A stretch of 58,366 nucleotides of DNA. Origin: a virus. The translations under genes and the position numbers were made by a program. Of this stretch, positions 10,242 through 19,012 are shown one piece after another. The notes beneath the pieces were generated by a model, which did not search any database, was not told the DNA's origin, and saw nothing but the letters and a program-made list of their open reading frames with translations. The stretch spans positions 1 through 58,366 of IMG/VR virus record IMGVR_UViG_3300029288_006769. One strand, 5' to 3'. Each line of letters starts with the position of its first letter. The first letter of the stretch is position 1.

Positions 10242-10583
10242 ATGATTACCGACCTGACAATCGACACTTCTTCTGATTTAGACAAATTTATTGCTCTCTA
10301 CAACAGAGTTGGCATCAAACCCGAATTAGAAAAACACGAGCATGGTACTAACCTTATGCTTTCTGTTCCTAATATAGTTTCCAAACGCTCGAAAATACAA
10401 GGCCATGCAGGGTTCTACACCATTCTATACTTTGACATAAATGGCAAATTCAAATATCAAGAAATCAAAGAACCAGCTACCAACAAAGTCGCTCTTTATG
10501 ATGCTTTTGTTGCGGGACGCAGTTCTATACATATGTCATATCCTGATTCAGTTGCATTCGATAAATGGTGTCATCATGCATAG
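10242..10583 (+). CDS. hypothetical protein
   Basis: Track ORF. Confidence 0.3.
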   Translation: MITDLTIDTSSDLDKFIALYNRVGIKPELEKHEHGTNLMLSVPNIVSKRSKIQGHAGFYTILYFDINGKFKYQEIKEPATNKVALYDAFVAGRSSIHMSYPDSVAFDKWCHHA

Positions 10584-11348
10584 CAATACTATGCAAGTCA
10601 CACCCTTGGCAACTCTTTCAATTAGCATCGATTTAAGCTGCTATGTTAAACTATGACCTGCTCCCAGACCATATCATTGCACGTATGGTAGTCATTATCG
10701 GCCAACCAGGCAAACACATCAAACAATTGGTGCGCCACCATACAGGGCACACTATAACCATAGCTCCTAAGTACTATAAACGGATTTTCAACAAAGCCCG
10801 TAGCCACCTTAAAGCGCACCACTACATAGTCATTGACACCTGGCCCAAATTACTAACAGAACGTGTTTAAACACTATGCAAATCACGCCCCTAATTTTAA
10901 AACAACAAGGGTTTATCCCGACTACCTTAAAAAACATATACTCAAAAAGAGTACACGAACTCATTTTTCTCGAATTCGATATGAATGATTGCTTTATAAC
11001 TATTGTCAGAATGCTCGAAATACCGAAAGCAAGACGGGACAACATCTGTGACAGGCACAAAATAGTGTTCCCTCAAAAAATAGACACAATTTCAAAACTC
11101 AATCAAGTTGTAGCTGTTTTTACTGGTAATTGGTAACTTATGCAAACACAGTTGCTCAAAGTAATTGCTAATCGGTTTGCTATTATTATGTGGTAGACTT
11201 TCATGTCCAGTCTGGTGGCTCATTACATTTGAAGACGAAGAAATCAAAAAATTAGCCATTGATCTCTATACAAGACATAAGCTAGAAATAGATATTGGTG
11301 TTGCAACATTACTTGCAAAACGTTTTGTACGAGAAGGAGAATAATTAT

Positions 11349-11600
11349 ATGCGTAAAATCTATTTACTCATTACAATTGCATTGCTTATAGCCTGCACAG
11401 ACCCTAAAGGCACCATACAAATACTTACTAAACAGGGTTACAAAAATATAACCATTACAGGCTACAGGCCTTTCTCATGCTGGAAAAATGACCTAGCTAC
11501 AGGGTTCACAGCCACAGACTCCAATGGCTTTTATGTCACTGGCTGCAATTGCTACAATGTCCTAACTGGCTCACGTATCAAAATAGACAAACACAAATAA
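11349..11600 (+). CDS. lipoprotein
   Basis: MRKIYLLITIALLIAC carries the lipobox L-I-A-C. RBS GAAGGAGA lies upstream. The start is internal to track ORF 11295..11600. Confidence 0.5.
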   Translation: MRKIYLLITIALLIACTDPKGTIQILTKQGYKNITITGYRPFSCWKNDLATGFTATDSNGFYVTGCNCYNVLTGSRIKIDKHK

Positions 11601-11685
11601 GGCCTAATTAACACTAAAAATTACAATTACAAAAAATTAATTATTTACTGTGTTTATCATAACACACCCCTAAAAAGGAGTTGTT

Positions 11686-12276
11686 ATGCATAAACATGCG
11701 GCCCATTGTACTATTTGCAACATACTTGGCAACACAAACATAAACGTGCGACATACACGTGCCCAAACTAAACAAGGAGGCAATGACGACATGCTCGCAC
11801 AACTAAAAACACTACTACCCAACAACACCACTGTCACACCATCAATCAACGATTCTTACAAAATCGACTTTGACAGCCTTATTACCATTGACAAACACCT
11901 CAAAACACTACAACAAAAACTACCAGACTACACAGTACGCCACGTACCTAGCACGCTCTATGTCGTTGTAGAACCCAAAATAAAACAAGAAACAATTAAC
12001 CTGCCATTCGAACTCACAACTGCACATGGCCACCTTGATACTGAAACCCTACGCAAAATACAAAAACACTTGTATGACACGTCAACAAACAAAGCAGACT
12101 TGCACAAAAATGTGCTCCACTACTTCAAACACATACCTAACCTACGCGAATCCTTTGAACACTTTATCATAACTAAACAACCCGCAAACAAACACACACC
12201 CGAAAGACTAGTTGATCATTTTATTTGGGACATATCAAAACTAGAAACAAACAAAAAAAAGAAAAAGTTTGAATAG
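11686..12276 (+). CDS. hypothetical protein
   Basis: 196-aa track ORF with an AAAGGAG RBS. Confidence 0.35.
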   Translation: MHKHAAHCTICNILGNTNINVRHTRAQTKQGGNDDMLAQLKTLLPNNTTVTPSINDSYKIDFDSLITIDKHLKTLQQKLPDYTVRHVPSTLYVVVEPKIKQETINLPFELTTAHGHLDTETLRKIQKHLYDTSTNKADLHKNVLHYFKHIPNLRESFEHFIITKQPANKHTPERLVDHFIWDISKLETNKKKKKFE

Positions 12277-12279
12277 TAA

Positions 12280-12600
12280 TGCTCCTCGATATATAAAGTA
12301 AAAACATAACCCTAACAACTCTATCAACCCAATCATCTTGAACCGCAAAGACAAGTAAGCTATCCCTATCAATTTTCTTAAGGTCTCTGCTTAATAGAAT
12401 CACCCTATCAACTCTTTCAACCCAATCAAACTGAGCCAACTTGAACCCTCTGCTTAGGCGACTCGCTACGGGGGCCCTGGTACCCCCTCGAGTATACCTC
12501 CCTATACCTGCACCAGAAGGTATCTAGAAGGCCCTCTAGCATGCCTGTCTAGAGGGGGTATATAGACCATAGGTAGGGTTATTCAAATGTGCCTGCCGGG
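12280..12600. repeat. convergent intergenic region with imperfect ~30-bp direct repeats and GC-rich palindromic hairpins
   Basis: Direct repeats AACTCTaTCAACCCAATCA...TTGAACC occur twice. Hairpins GGGGG-CCCTGGTA-CCCCC and CCCTCTAG-n9-CTAGAGGG are present. Plus-strand genes end at 12276 and minus-strand genes end at 12579. Confidence 0.5.
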
Positions 12601-12803
12601 GTTATAGTATTTATAACTGTGATTTCCTGGTTCTTGTTTTTGGTGGGAGCATCGAAAGAAACCGTGGTGATGTTGATTCCTTTTTTTGCCAGGGCATTGA
12701 GGATTTTGGCAATTCTTTTGGTGAAGGTGGCTTGAGTTTCTTCATCGGTTTTGATTAGGTTGACTTGCATTTGCTCTCCTTTGTTTGTTGTTGAATTGTG
12801 CAT
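12579..12803 (-). CDS. hypothetical small protein
   Basis: Track ORF with promoter/SD motif downstream of 12803 on the plus strand. Confidence 0.55.
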   Translation of the reverse strand: MHNSTTNKGEQMQVNLIKTDEETQATFTKRIAKILNALAKKGINITTVSFDAPTKNKNQEITVINTITPAGTFE

Positions 12804-12842
12804 AAACTCTCCTTTTGTTGTACAAGAGTTATATCGCTTGTT

Positions 12843-13088
12843 TTACTTGTACCTGCCAATTAGCTGGTCGTAGATTTGTACTGCTTCATAGAGCCCAATG
12901 TTTGTGGCAGTGCGCAAGCTTTTGACAAATTCGAGTTTCGTTGGAGCTGGGGTTGACATTAACCAGTCATCGGCATATTTTCTGGCTTCGTCGAAAGTGT
13001 ATGTTATCTTGAGTTTTTTCAAGATGTCATCGTCCGGGTATCTTGTCAAAAGAGTGTGATGTTGTTCCGAAGTTAAAATGACGTACAT
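12843..13088 (-). CDS. hypothetical small protein (81 aa)
   Basis: Start moved to the internal Met (MYVILTSEQ...) because the promoter/SD motif CATAAACTCTCC...AGTATATCGCAAG follows 13088. Confidence 0.5.
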   Translation of the reverse strand: MYVILTSEQHHTLLTRYPDDDILKKLKITYTFDEARKYADDWLMSTPAPTKLEFVKSLRTATNIGLYEAVQIYDQLIGRYK

Positions 13089-13224
13089 AAACTCTCCTTT
13101 TTGTTGATAGTAAGTATATCGCAAGTAAGGAGAGACACTGCCCGCAAACCGACTAGCATAAAACAAGTTAGGGCCCATGTAATATATAGGCCCTTGGCTT
13201 GCGGTGTGCTAAACCAGGTCGCTG

Positions 13225-13662
13225 TTAGGTGTCGCTGGTTTCGTCATAATGAATGGTGAAGGAGATTGTCAGTTTTTTGTCGTCGAATTTGAAGTTGGTG
13301 TAGTAGGAGTCCACAAAGCAGTCATCCCTGCCATGGTAGGTGAAATCGAAGTACCGCAAGTCATCCCAGTATTCCCGGACTGACATGTCTTTGGCAGCGA
13401 TCTTGACGCCCTCGGACGTCTCATATTCCCGGTGTTCCTCGGTGGGATTGTCGTAGGCATGCTTGATTTTGTCGTAGAGTGCCTGGTCACAGCCAAAGGT
13501 GATTGTCAAGCCCTCATTTTTGAGATCGCGGAGTTCCGGCAGTTTGTTGGGCAAGCGGTTTTTCCAGTTTTTGGTTTCGAAAGCTTTAAGGGTGAGGTCG
13601 GTGATTACCAATGACTTGAGTTTCTTGGACTTGACCGTGACCGTTTTCTTGCTGATTTCCAT
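13225..13662 (-). CDS. hypothetical protein
   Basis: 145-aa track ORF with motif after 13662. Confidence 0.55.
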   Translation of the reverse strand: MEISKKTVTVKSKKLKSLVITDLTLKAFETKNWKNRLPNKLPELRDLKNEGLTITFGCDQALYDKIKHAYDNPTEEHREYETSEGVKIAAKDMSVREYWDDLRYFDFTYHGRDDCFVDSYYTNFKFDDKKLTISFTIHYDETSDT

Positions 13663-13778
13663 ACCCTCTCTCCTTTGTTAAGTGGTTTTTCCTTTGATAG
13701 TAATTATATCGCAAGAAAACAATCTGATTGCCAAAAACAAAACGGGGCCCGTAGGCCCCAGGGTGAAGGGAAAGCGCA

Positions 13779-14150
13779 TTAGGCAGTTGCCAGGGCGGTG
13801 GTGTCGGCGGCCGGTGCTTTGGCAGTTTTGGTCGTCTTCTTGCTGCTTTGCTTGAAGTATTTCGCCAGGATCTTGTCGAGGTCAACCGTGTCCTCCACAC
13901 CGGCGATGATTCCGCGGACGCTGCCGAGGTGGCATTTCTCGATCTGTTCACCGGTGTACGCCTTGACCCGGTCCCCGAGTTCCTTGAGAACGCTGGTGAC
14001 TTCCAGGGCTCTGCCTTTGAGAATCGCTTTCTTTTCGCCCCGGACGAAGGTGATGCAGGTTTTCTTCGCGATCATTTCGACACCGGCCGGCAGCGTGACT
14101 GCGTTCACTGCAATTGCGTTGGTGTTGGCGGTTGCGGCTTTCTTGCTCAT
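13779..14150 (-). CDS. hypothetical protein, paralog of 17107..17391
   Basis: Internal start MSKKAATANT sits behind the motif. It shares ...TLPxGVEM...ITFxRGEKKAxLKGRALEVT...IEKCHLG...DL.KILA.Y with the paralog. Confidence 0.55.
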   Translation of the reverse strand: MSKKAATANTNAIAVNAVTLPAGVEMIAKKTCITFVRGEKKAILKGRALEVTSVLKELGDRVKAYTGEQIEKCHLGSVRGIIAGVEDTVDLDKILAKYFKQSSKKTTKTAKAPAADTTALATA

Positions 14151-14208
14151 AGAAACTCCTTTGAAAAGGTTGATTGATTTGTTGTTGATAGTGATTATAT
14201 CGATTGTT

Positions 14209-14369
14209 TTACGCCTGACTGCCAGCCTGTGTTTCGCTCTCTGCTGGCCTATTGTCAATTGCCATGTCAGCCAAGAAAGAGATAAGTTGTTTTTCAGCTT
14301 GTTCTCTCTTTCTGAACCTGTCAAAGATTGCTTGTTGCTTGGGACTTGCTTTTTTATATTTGCGTTCCA
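14209..14369 (-). CDS. hypothetical small basic protein (~53 aa)
   Basis: MERKYKKASPKQQAIFDRFRKREQAEKQ... with SD GGAGGAGG. It is not in the ORF track (<60 aa). Coordinates are approximate. Confidence 0.35.
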
Positions 14370-14413
14370 TGTGAATCCTCCTCCTTCATATCGCCAGAAG
14401 AGAAAAAGGCTGC

Positions 14414-14602
14414 CTAATTGGCAGCCTGAGTACGCTGGTCAAGCCGTATTGCGCTGGGGAATTCGATTTTCGGCGTGGTGCCCCGGGCAGCCATGATTGC
14501 GGCTTTTTCAACCTGGAACTGCGCCATTGCCAACCGGATGCTCTCTTCGATTTCACGGTTGCGCATACGTTTCGGATATAGGGTCCTGGTTACTTCAGCC
14601 AT
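14414..14602 (-). CDS. hypothetical small protein (62 aa)
   Basis: Internal start MAEVTRTLYPKR sits behind the motif at 14603..14640. Confidence 0.5.
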   Translation of the reverse strand: MAEVTRTLYPKRMRNREIEESIRLAMAQFQVEKAAIMAARGTTPKIEFPSAIRLDQRTQAAN

Positions 14603-14732
14603 TTTCTCTCCTTTGTTGAGTACAATTACTATATCGCGGGTTTTTAGTGGGCTTGCCAAATCAGCGCGGGCCCGACGAGCAAACACAAAGCTCCCACCTA
14701 TAGGTAACCTATGGGCATGAGCTTGAATGTGC

Positions 14733-14972
14733 TTAGGGATTGTACCAGAACACTAGGATAAAGGTATAACCGGTTTGAGTTTTGGCGAAGTTTTCGATGC
14801 CATAGAAGTCGATCGAAGATCTGCCAAGGTCATTGTCCTCGAGGAAATCGAGCACATTTTCTTCGCTGAGATCATTGGCAGTCGTGAGTTTGACCGGGAC
14901 TCTTGACTTGTCGTTCTCATCCCGGATATCGATAATTTCTTTGGCTTTCAAATTTCTGGCAACTTGGTACAA
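14733..14972 (-). CDS. hypothetical protein with a possible +1/-1 frame discontinuity near its 5' end
   Basis: The ORF begins with TTG at 14972, while the motif-supported ATG at 15012 is out of frame and its frame stops after ~30 codons. An in-frame TGA sits at 15009-15011. Confidence 0.4.
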   Translation of the reverse strand: MYQVARNLKAKEIIDIRDENDKSRVPVKLTTANDLSEENVLDFLEDNDLGRSSIDFYGIENFAKTQTGYTFILVFWYNP

Positions 14973-15038
14973 GCTCGGCAGACTGGTAGCAATGATACCA
15001 GAAAGCGTTCATTAACTCTCTCCTTTGTTGTGCAATAA

Positions 15039-15368
15039 CTATATCGTTGTCAGGTCCAGTGGCTGCCATAGTTCGATTTGTTCGATAGCCAGTTGCAAGT
15101 CAGCCAAGTTTTTGATTTGACCCTCCCACTGGAGTATTGGGCTTATAGGGTTCAACTTGAACCCATGGATCGAATGGATTCTGCCACTCGGATAAATGAC
15201 AAAGTCAATCTCCTCATCGTTGATTCTGTCATATATGGTGGCAAAAATTGAGGGTATGGTAGAGTCGCTGTCTTGGTGGTCAAGAAATACAGCTGTAAAC
15301 CGTTTGGGCAATATGGCAGCCAGGGTTTCTTTTGTGAGAATGTGCATGTGCGAATTTAAGACATTCAT
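15039..15368 (-). CDS. hypothetical protein
   Basis: 109-aa track ORF with SD GGAGAAAA. It has a variant upstream element lacking TATATCG. Confidence 0.5.
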   Translation of the reverse strand: MNVLNSHMHILTKETLAAILPKRFTAVFLDHQDSDSTIPSIFATIYDRINDEEIDFVIYPSGRIHSIHGFKLNPISPILQWEGQIKNLADLQLAIEQIELWQPLDLTTI

Positions 15369-15427
15369 GGTGTCATTTTCTCCTTGTTAAGCGTAATAAC
15401 GTAAGGGGGCGGTTTGACCGCCAACCC

Positions 15428-15493
15428 TTAGCCCTCAATTGCTCCAACGCCCATGAGCACCAGAATGCCAACCAAGTAGATCCCCATAACCAT
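15428..15493 (-). CDS. 21-aa hydrophobic micro-protein (MVMGIYLVGILVLMGVGAIEG)
   Basis: The motif plus SD precede the ATG. A GC hairpin, GGCGGTTTGACCGCC, follows immediately. Coordinates are approximate. Confidence 0.3.
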   Translation of the reverse strand: MVMGIYLVGILVLMGVGAIEG

Positions 15494-15702
15494 AACTCTC
15501 TCCTTTGTTGTGGTGTAGAGTTGATATCGTGCGTTTTGTGTTTGGCAACCAACACAGTTTCGGGCGATATAGTTAATACTGCTAAACGGCGAGGGCTTGT
15601 GCAGGGAGATCGGGGTAGTGTATTTGCTAAACTTGCTTGCTTACGCGTTATACGCTCTTGTACTTGCATACGCCTGCGCTTGTATACGCACTATAGCGCT
15701 TA

Positions 15703-15762
15703 TAAAAACAAAAAAGGTAGGAGCCAAAGGCGCCCTGCCTGGGCACTCATTGGCTACCTACC
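15703..15762 (-). terminator. intrinsic terminator (long hairpin plus U-tract) on the minus strand
   Basis: Minus strand reads GGTAGGTAGCCAATGAGTGCCCAGGCAGGGCGCCTTTGGCTCCTACC followed by TTTTTTGTTTTT, ~40 nt after the stop of gene 15802..16170. Confidence 0.6.
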
Positions 15763-15801
15763 AGTTAAAGGAGAGAGAGATTTTGAGGTGAATTTCGCTT
15801 G

Positions 15802-16170
15802 TTATGCGGCTGCAATTTTTTCTCTGGCAGTCATGACTTTTGCAGCCAAGTCCGTGAACCGAGTTTCTTCCTCAGCAAGTTTCTTTTTATATTCAGCTTC
15901 GATCGCTGCCATGCGATCAGCATGATCTTGATGAACATCACCCGCATGCTCAATCAAGTCATAGGCAGAGTAGATATCGTCAGCGTAAGCGCTGTAGCCC
16001 ATGCCAGGGCCTGAGCGGCTCAACTTGCTGTGTGGCACGTTGACAAGTACGATTCTTGCCTTAGAGTACTTTTTGCGATCATTGGCAATGCGCGTCTTGA
16101 CTTCTTCTTTGTCAGATGAATAGATGCCCGTGAAATGCAGGCCTTGAGCGTGTGCTTGTTGTTCGTTCAT
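15802..16170 (-). CDS. hypothetical protein (123 aa)
   Basis: Internal start MNEQQAHAQ sits behind the motif at 16171..16215. Confidence 0.5.
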   Translation of the reverse strand: MNEQQAHAQGLHFTGIYSSDKEEVKTRIANDRKKYSKARIVLVNVPHSKLSRSGPGMGYSAYADDIYSAYDLIEHAGDVHQDHADRMAAIEAEYKKKLAEEETRFTDLAAKVMTAREKIAAA

Positions 16171-16199
16171 AGTTTTGCTCTCCTTTTGTTTGATAAGAG

Positions 16200-16607
16200 C
16201 TATATCGAGCGTTTCCGGCATGCATGCCATTGATCAATTGCTTTTTGTACGCTGTTTGGCATGCTGTCTGCCAGTTCTTCGTCATTCATTACCATGTCAA
16301 GAGCATCTTCGGCAGCTTTGAGTCTTGCTTTATCAACTGCAAGACATTTTCGTGTCTCATCGCTTGATGGCTGGAATGTATTCCCTTCATCACCAACTTC
16401 AATAAGGCCTTCATGGATCAAGCCGGAAAGCTGTGTGGCAATTTCATACATTTCACATTCCATACCCTGTGACTTCAGGTAGGAATAAATCTCTTTGGCA
16501 GTCACTGGCGCCACAGCATAGATATACTCTTTGATAACGGACCTTCGAATTGCAAGACCCTTGTTTGCTTGTATTTCTTCAGCAGTCTTTCGAATTTTCT
16601 TATCCAT
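16200..16607 (-). CDS. hypothetical protein
   Basis: 135-aa track ORF with motif after 16607. Confidence 0.55.
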   Translation of the reverse strand: MDKKIRKTAEEIQANKGLAIRRSVIKEYIYAVAPVTAKEIYSYLKSQGMECEMYEIATQLSGLIHEGLIEVGDEGNTFQPSSDETRKCLAVDKARLKAAEDALDMVMNDEELADSMPNSVQKAIDQWHACRKRSI

Positions 16608-16634
16608 CGTTTCTCTCCTTGTTGGTGATAGAAG

Positions 16635-16787
16635 CTATATCGAGCGTTGAGCGGGCTTTGCCAAATCGCGTTTGAGCAAAAGCATACTTTGGTGTATATA
16701 AGGCCCTGCATCACTTGTAACGGCGCAATTGATGGCGACTTGCAGCGGGACACGGCACATTCTTGCATAGTCTCTTGCCCAGTTCAT
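16635..16787 (-). CDS. micro-ORF 3 of the coupled trio (50 aa)
   Basis: MNWARDYARMCRVPLQ... Its TAG stop lies inside the next gene's CGATATAG promoter core. Confidence 0.35.
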   Translation of the reverse strand: MNWARDYARMCRVPLQVAINCAVTSDAGPYIHQSMLLLKRDLAKPAQRSI

Positions 16788-16852
16788 TGCCATGGCTTGA
16801 GTTTTTCTTCGCCTATTTGTGCAATCCATTCAAGATCAAGTTGAGCGCTCAT
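16784..16852 (-). CDS. micro-ORF 2 of the coupled trio (22 aa)
   Basis: MSAQLDLEWIAQIGEEKLKPWQ, linked by ATGA overlaps at both ends. Confidence 0.25.
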   Translation of the reverse strand: MSAQLDLEWIAQIGEEKLKPWQ

Positions 16853-16998
16853 TGTCTGCCCTCTTTCTTGAGGATTGCATGCAAGACATACAAGTCGATT
16901 ATTTCTCTGTTGAGTTGACGTACTTGTTCAGTCACGCCAGCTTTTTGTACTACGTGGAGCAGTTTGAGTTTTGATTCGATTTGAAGTTCAAAGTTCAT
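16849..16998 (-). CDS. micro-ORF 1 of a coupled trio (49 aa)
   Basis: The motif at 16999..17035 precedes MNFELQIESK... Its TGA overlaps the next ATG. Confidence 0.35.
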   Translation of the reverse strand: MNFELQIESKLKLLHVVQKAGVTEQVRQLNREIIDLYVLHAILKKEGRQ

Positions 16999-17106
16999 AC
17001 TTTATCTCCTTGTACTGACTATATCGAGAGCAAAAGCACAAGCCGCCATAAAACAAAAAGAGCCCTGGAGTTAACCAGAGCTCTTCCTGCCCGTGGAATT
17101 GGCAGC

Positions 17107-17391
17107 TTACTTGTAATAGGCGGCCAGGATTTTGGTCAGGTCGATGGCATCGGCCACGCCACGGACGACGCCCTTGATCGCGCCGAGGTGGCATTTTTCG
17201 ATGATTTCCTCGGTGTACGTTTCGATGCGCTTGAGCGTCTTGGGCGTGTTGGTGACTTCCAGGGCCCGGCCCTTGAGCACCGCTTTCTTTTCACCGCGGA
17301 TGAACGTGATCGCGGATTTGCCGGGTTTCATTTCCACGCCCTTGGGCAGCGTAACGGCATTCAGGTCAATGGCGGCAACTGCTTTACTCAT
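17107..17391 (-). CDS. hypothetical protein, paralog of 13779..14150
   Basis: 94-aa track ORF. The upstream leader CTCATAG(T/A)AACTCCTTTGAAAAGGTTG... is also duplicated. Confidence 0.55.
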   Translation of the reverse strand: MSKAVAAIDLNAVTLPKGVEMKPGKSAITFIRGEKKAVLKGRALEVTNTPKTLKRIETYTEEIIEKCHLGAIKGVVRGVADAIDLTKILAAYYK

Positions 17392-17518
17392 AGTAACTCC
17401 TTGAAAAGGTTGTGTTCCTCCTGATAGAGGTTATGTCGCATGTTTTTGCAGGACCTGCCAATGTACTTACTTGTAGTATTGCTGCTACGCGCGTATAGCG
17501 CGCACGCAAGCGCTTGAG

Positions 17519-17575
17519 CACAAACAAAAAAGGTAGGGAGTTACAAGGGTGTTGAGCACCCATTGGCTACCTACC
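17519..17575 (-). terminator. intrinsic terminator on the minus strand, paralogous to 15703..15762
   Basis: Minus strand reads GGTAGGTAGCCAATGGGTGCTCAACACCCTTGTAACTCCCTACC followed by TTTTTTGTTTGT. The outer stem is conserved and the inner stem covaries (GGGTG/CACCC versus GCCC/GGGC). Confidence 0.6.
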
Positions 17576-17582
17576 ATGTGTA

Positions 17583-17744
17583 TTAAGTTAGAAAGAAGAA
17601 TTCGTCCAGCGAACTTGCAGTGTTGAGAGCGATTGCCAGATTGAGAAAGTCTTCTTGGCCAATTACTGTGTCACGGTCAGGCCGTCCACCCAGGAACGGG
17701 ATACTTACTGGTATCTGGTATTTTGTTTTTTGTGTGCGTTCCAT
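17583..17744 (-). CDS. hypothetical small protein (53 aa)
   Basis: The motif CATAACTCTCTCTCCTTGTTAGTTGTTAAAAACTATATCGAGAG precedes it. It is not in the ORF track. Confidence 0.4.
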   Translation of the reverse strand: MERTQKTKYQIPVSIPFLGGRPDRDTVIGQEDFLNLAIALNTASSLDEFFFLT

Positions 17745-17917
17745 AACTCTCTCTCCTTGTTAGTTGTTAAAAACTATATCGAGAGATTTTGAGTAACTAC
17801 CAACATAGCTACGACTGTGCGTAGCACAACAAGTCGTTATTATATATTGTACCATTAAGTGTAGTGCAATAAAACAGCGCTGGGCCCCGTAGGGCCCTTG
17901 GCTGTAAGGAGAGAAAG

Positions 17918-18562
17918 TTATTTGATATAAGGTTTGGATTTGCCACAGAGTGCCCGGAGTTGTGCCACATTGGCAGCATTGCCGGCAATTTTGTAGAGCC
18001 GTTCATCGAAACCTTCCTTCAGTTCGTACTTCATGACCGTCTGGAAGAACTTGCTGAAGTTGGCACCGAGCAATTTTGTCAGCTCTGCTTTCAAGACAGC
18101 ATCCTCGAAAACTTCGGGTTTGAGGGTGACAATCGGTTTTGTCTTGACTTCGACAGCGAACTGGTCGCCGAGCAAGACCTTGAGTGTGTCGATTGCGTCG
18201 GTTGAAACTGAGAACTTGTCCTGGGAGATGAAGGTGGCTTTCGTCTTGCCGTCGTCGCTCAGTACTGAATAGGACCCGGAAAAATCGCCTGCAAGGCCGT
18301 CGGTATCCTGGCGGTTCAAGCAGAGTTCCAGCAGGGGTCCTTCCTCGGACCGGAAGGTACCTTCGGCGGCTTTCATTTCGCGTTTGGCTTTCAGCATTTT
18401 CTCCAGTTTTGCTGACTGAGCCGCATCCAGCTTGATGACAGGTTTTTTGTCCTTGGATTTGACGGCATCCGGGGAAATTGTGGATGTGCCGACCATTTGT
18501 TCGAATGACAGATCGGTATTTGCCGTTGCAACGGCAACTGGATCTGCTTTTCTTTTGGCCAT
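17918..18562 (-). CDS. hypothetical protein
   Basis: 214-aa track ORF with motif after 18562. Confidence 0.55.
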   Translation of the reverse strand: MAKRKADPVAVATANTDLSFEQMVGTSTISPDAVKSKDKKPVIKLDAAQSAKLEKMLKAKREMKAAEGTFRSEEGPLLELCLNRQDTDGLAGDFSGSYSVLSDDGKTKATFISQDKFSVSTDAIDTLKVLLGDQFAVEVKTKPIVTLKPEVFEDAVLKAELTKLLGANFSKFFQTVMKYELKEGFDERLYKIAGNAANVAQLRALCGKSKPYIK

Positions 18563-18704
18563 AGAAACTCCTTTGGTTAAAGTACGTTCACTATGTCGCT
18601 CAATTTTGGCTGGGCTGCCTTGAAATGTTTTCTGTGTTCGTGACAGTAACCCATGATATCTCTCCTTGTTAGAAGCTATATCGTGAGTTTATACTGTTTT
18701 GCCA

Positions 18705-18926
18705 TTAATGCGGGCAGTCACATTGGGGCCCAAGTAAAGAGGAGCATCTTGGGCAAAGGACAATGTCTTTGAAATACTCAATGACAAGCAAGTCGTCGTC
18801 AAGTGGCAGGAAATTGTCGAGGATAATCTCTTGCACTCGGTCAACAGTTTCTTCATTGAGACCCAGCTGGTTTATAACGGCTTCAGCTGTTTCCAGTAAA
18901 GTATCAGCTACATTGCTCATAAACAT
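18705..18926 (-). CDS. hypothetical small protein (73 aa)
   Basis: Internal start MFMSNVADT with SD GGGAGA. It is coupled to the upstream micro-protein. Confidence 0.4.
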   Translation of the reverse strand: MFMSNVADTLLETAEAVINQLGLNEETVDRVQEIILDNFLPLDDDLLVIEYFKDIVLCPRCSSLLGPQCDCPH

Positions 18927-19012
18927 CTCCCTACCAGCATGCCGCCGATAAAAGCAACTGTGCTGCACATAACAAGTATGAGCAGCAAGTATTTTGCTTT
19001 TGGGTGTTTCAT
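18917..19012 (-). CDS. 31-aa single-pass membrane micro-protein (MKHPKAKYLLLILVMCSTVAFIGGMLVGRCL)
   Basis: ATGA overlaps at both ends. Coordinates are approximate. Confidence 0.3.
   Translation of the reverse strand: MKHPKAKYLLLILVMCSTVAFIGGMLVGRCL

Noticed and set aside
12440-12570. Multiple-cloning-site-like run of restriction palindromes (GGGCCC, GGTACC, CTCGAG, TCTAGA x2, GCATGC) suggesting vector contamination
   Set aside because: The order and spacers do not match a common polylinker. The flanks are continuous phage-like sequence. Similar GC palindromes (CCCCGGGG, GGTACC) recur elsewhere, e.g. 21870. I interpret these as natural hairpins at a convergent module boundary.
13798-14496. 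Long plus-strand ORFs antisense to the array (13798..14496 at 232 aa, 16981..17424, 27876..28745 at 289 aa, 30675..31238, 31597..32388 at 263 aa, 33166..33660)
   Set aside because: They overlap motif-supported minus-strand genes, lack SD or promoter elements, and have Ser/Pro/Arg/Cys-rich low-complexity translations typical of antisense frames.
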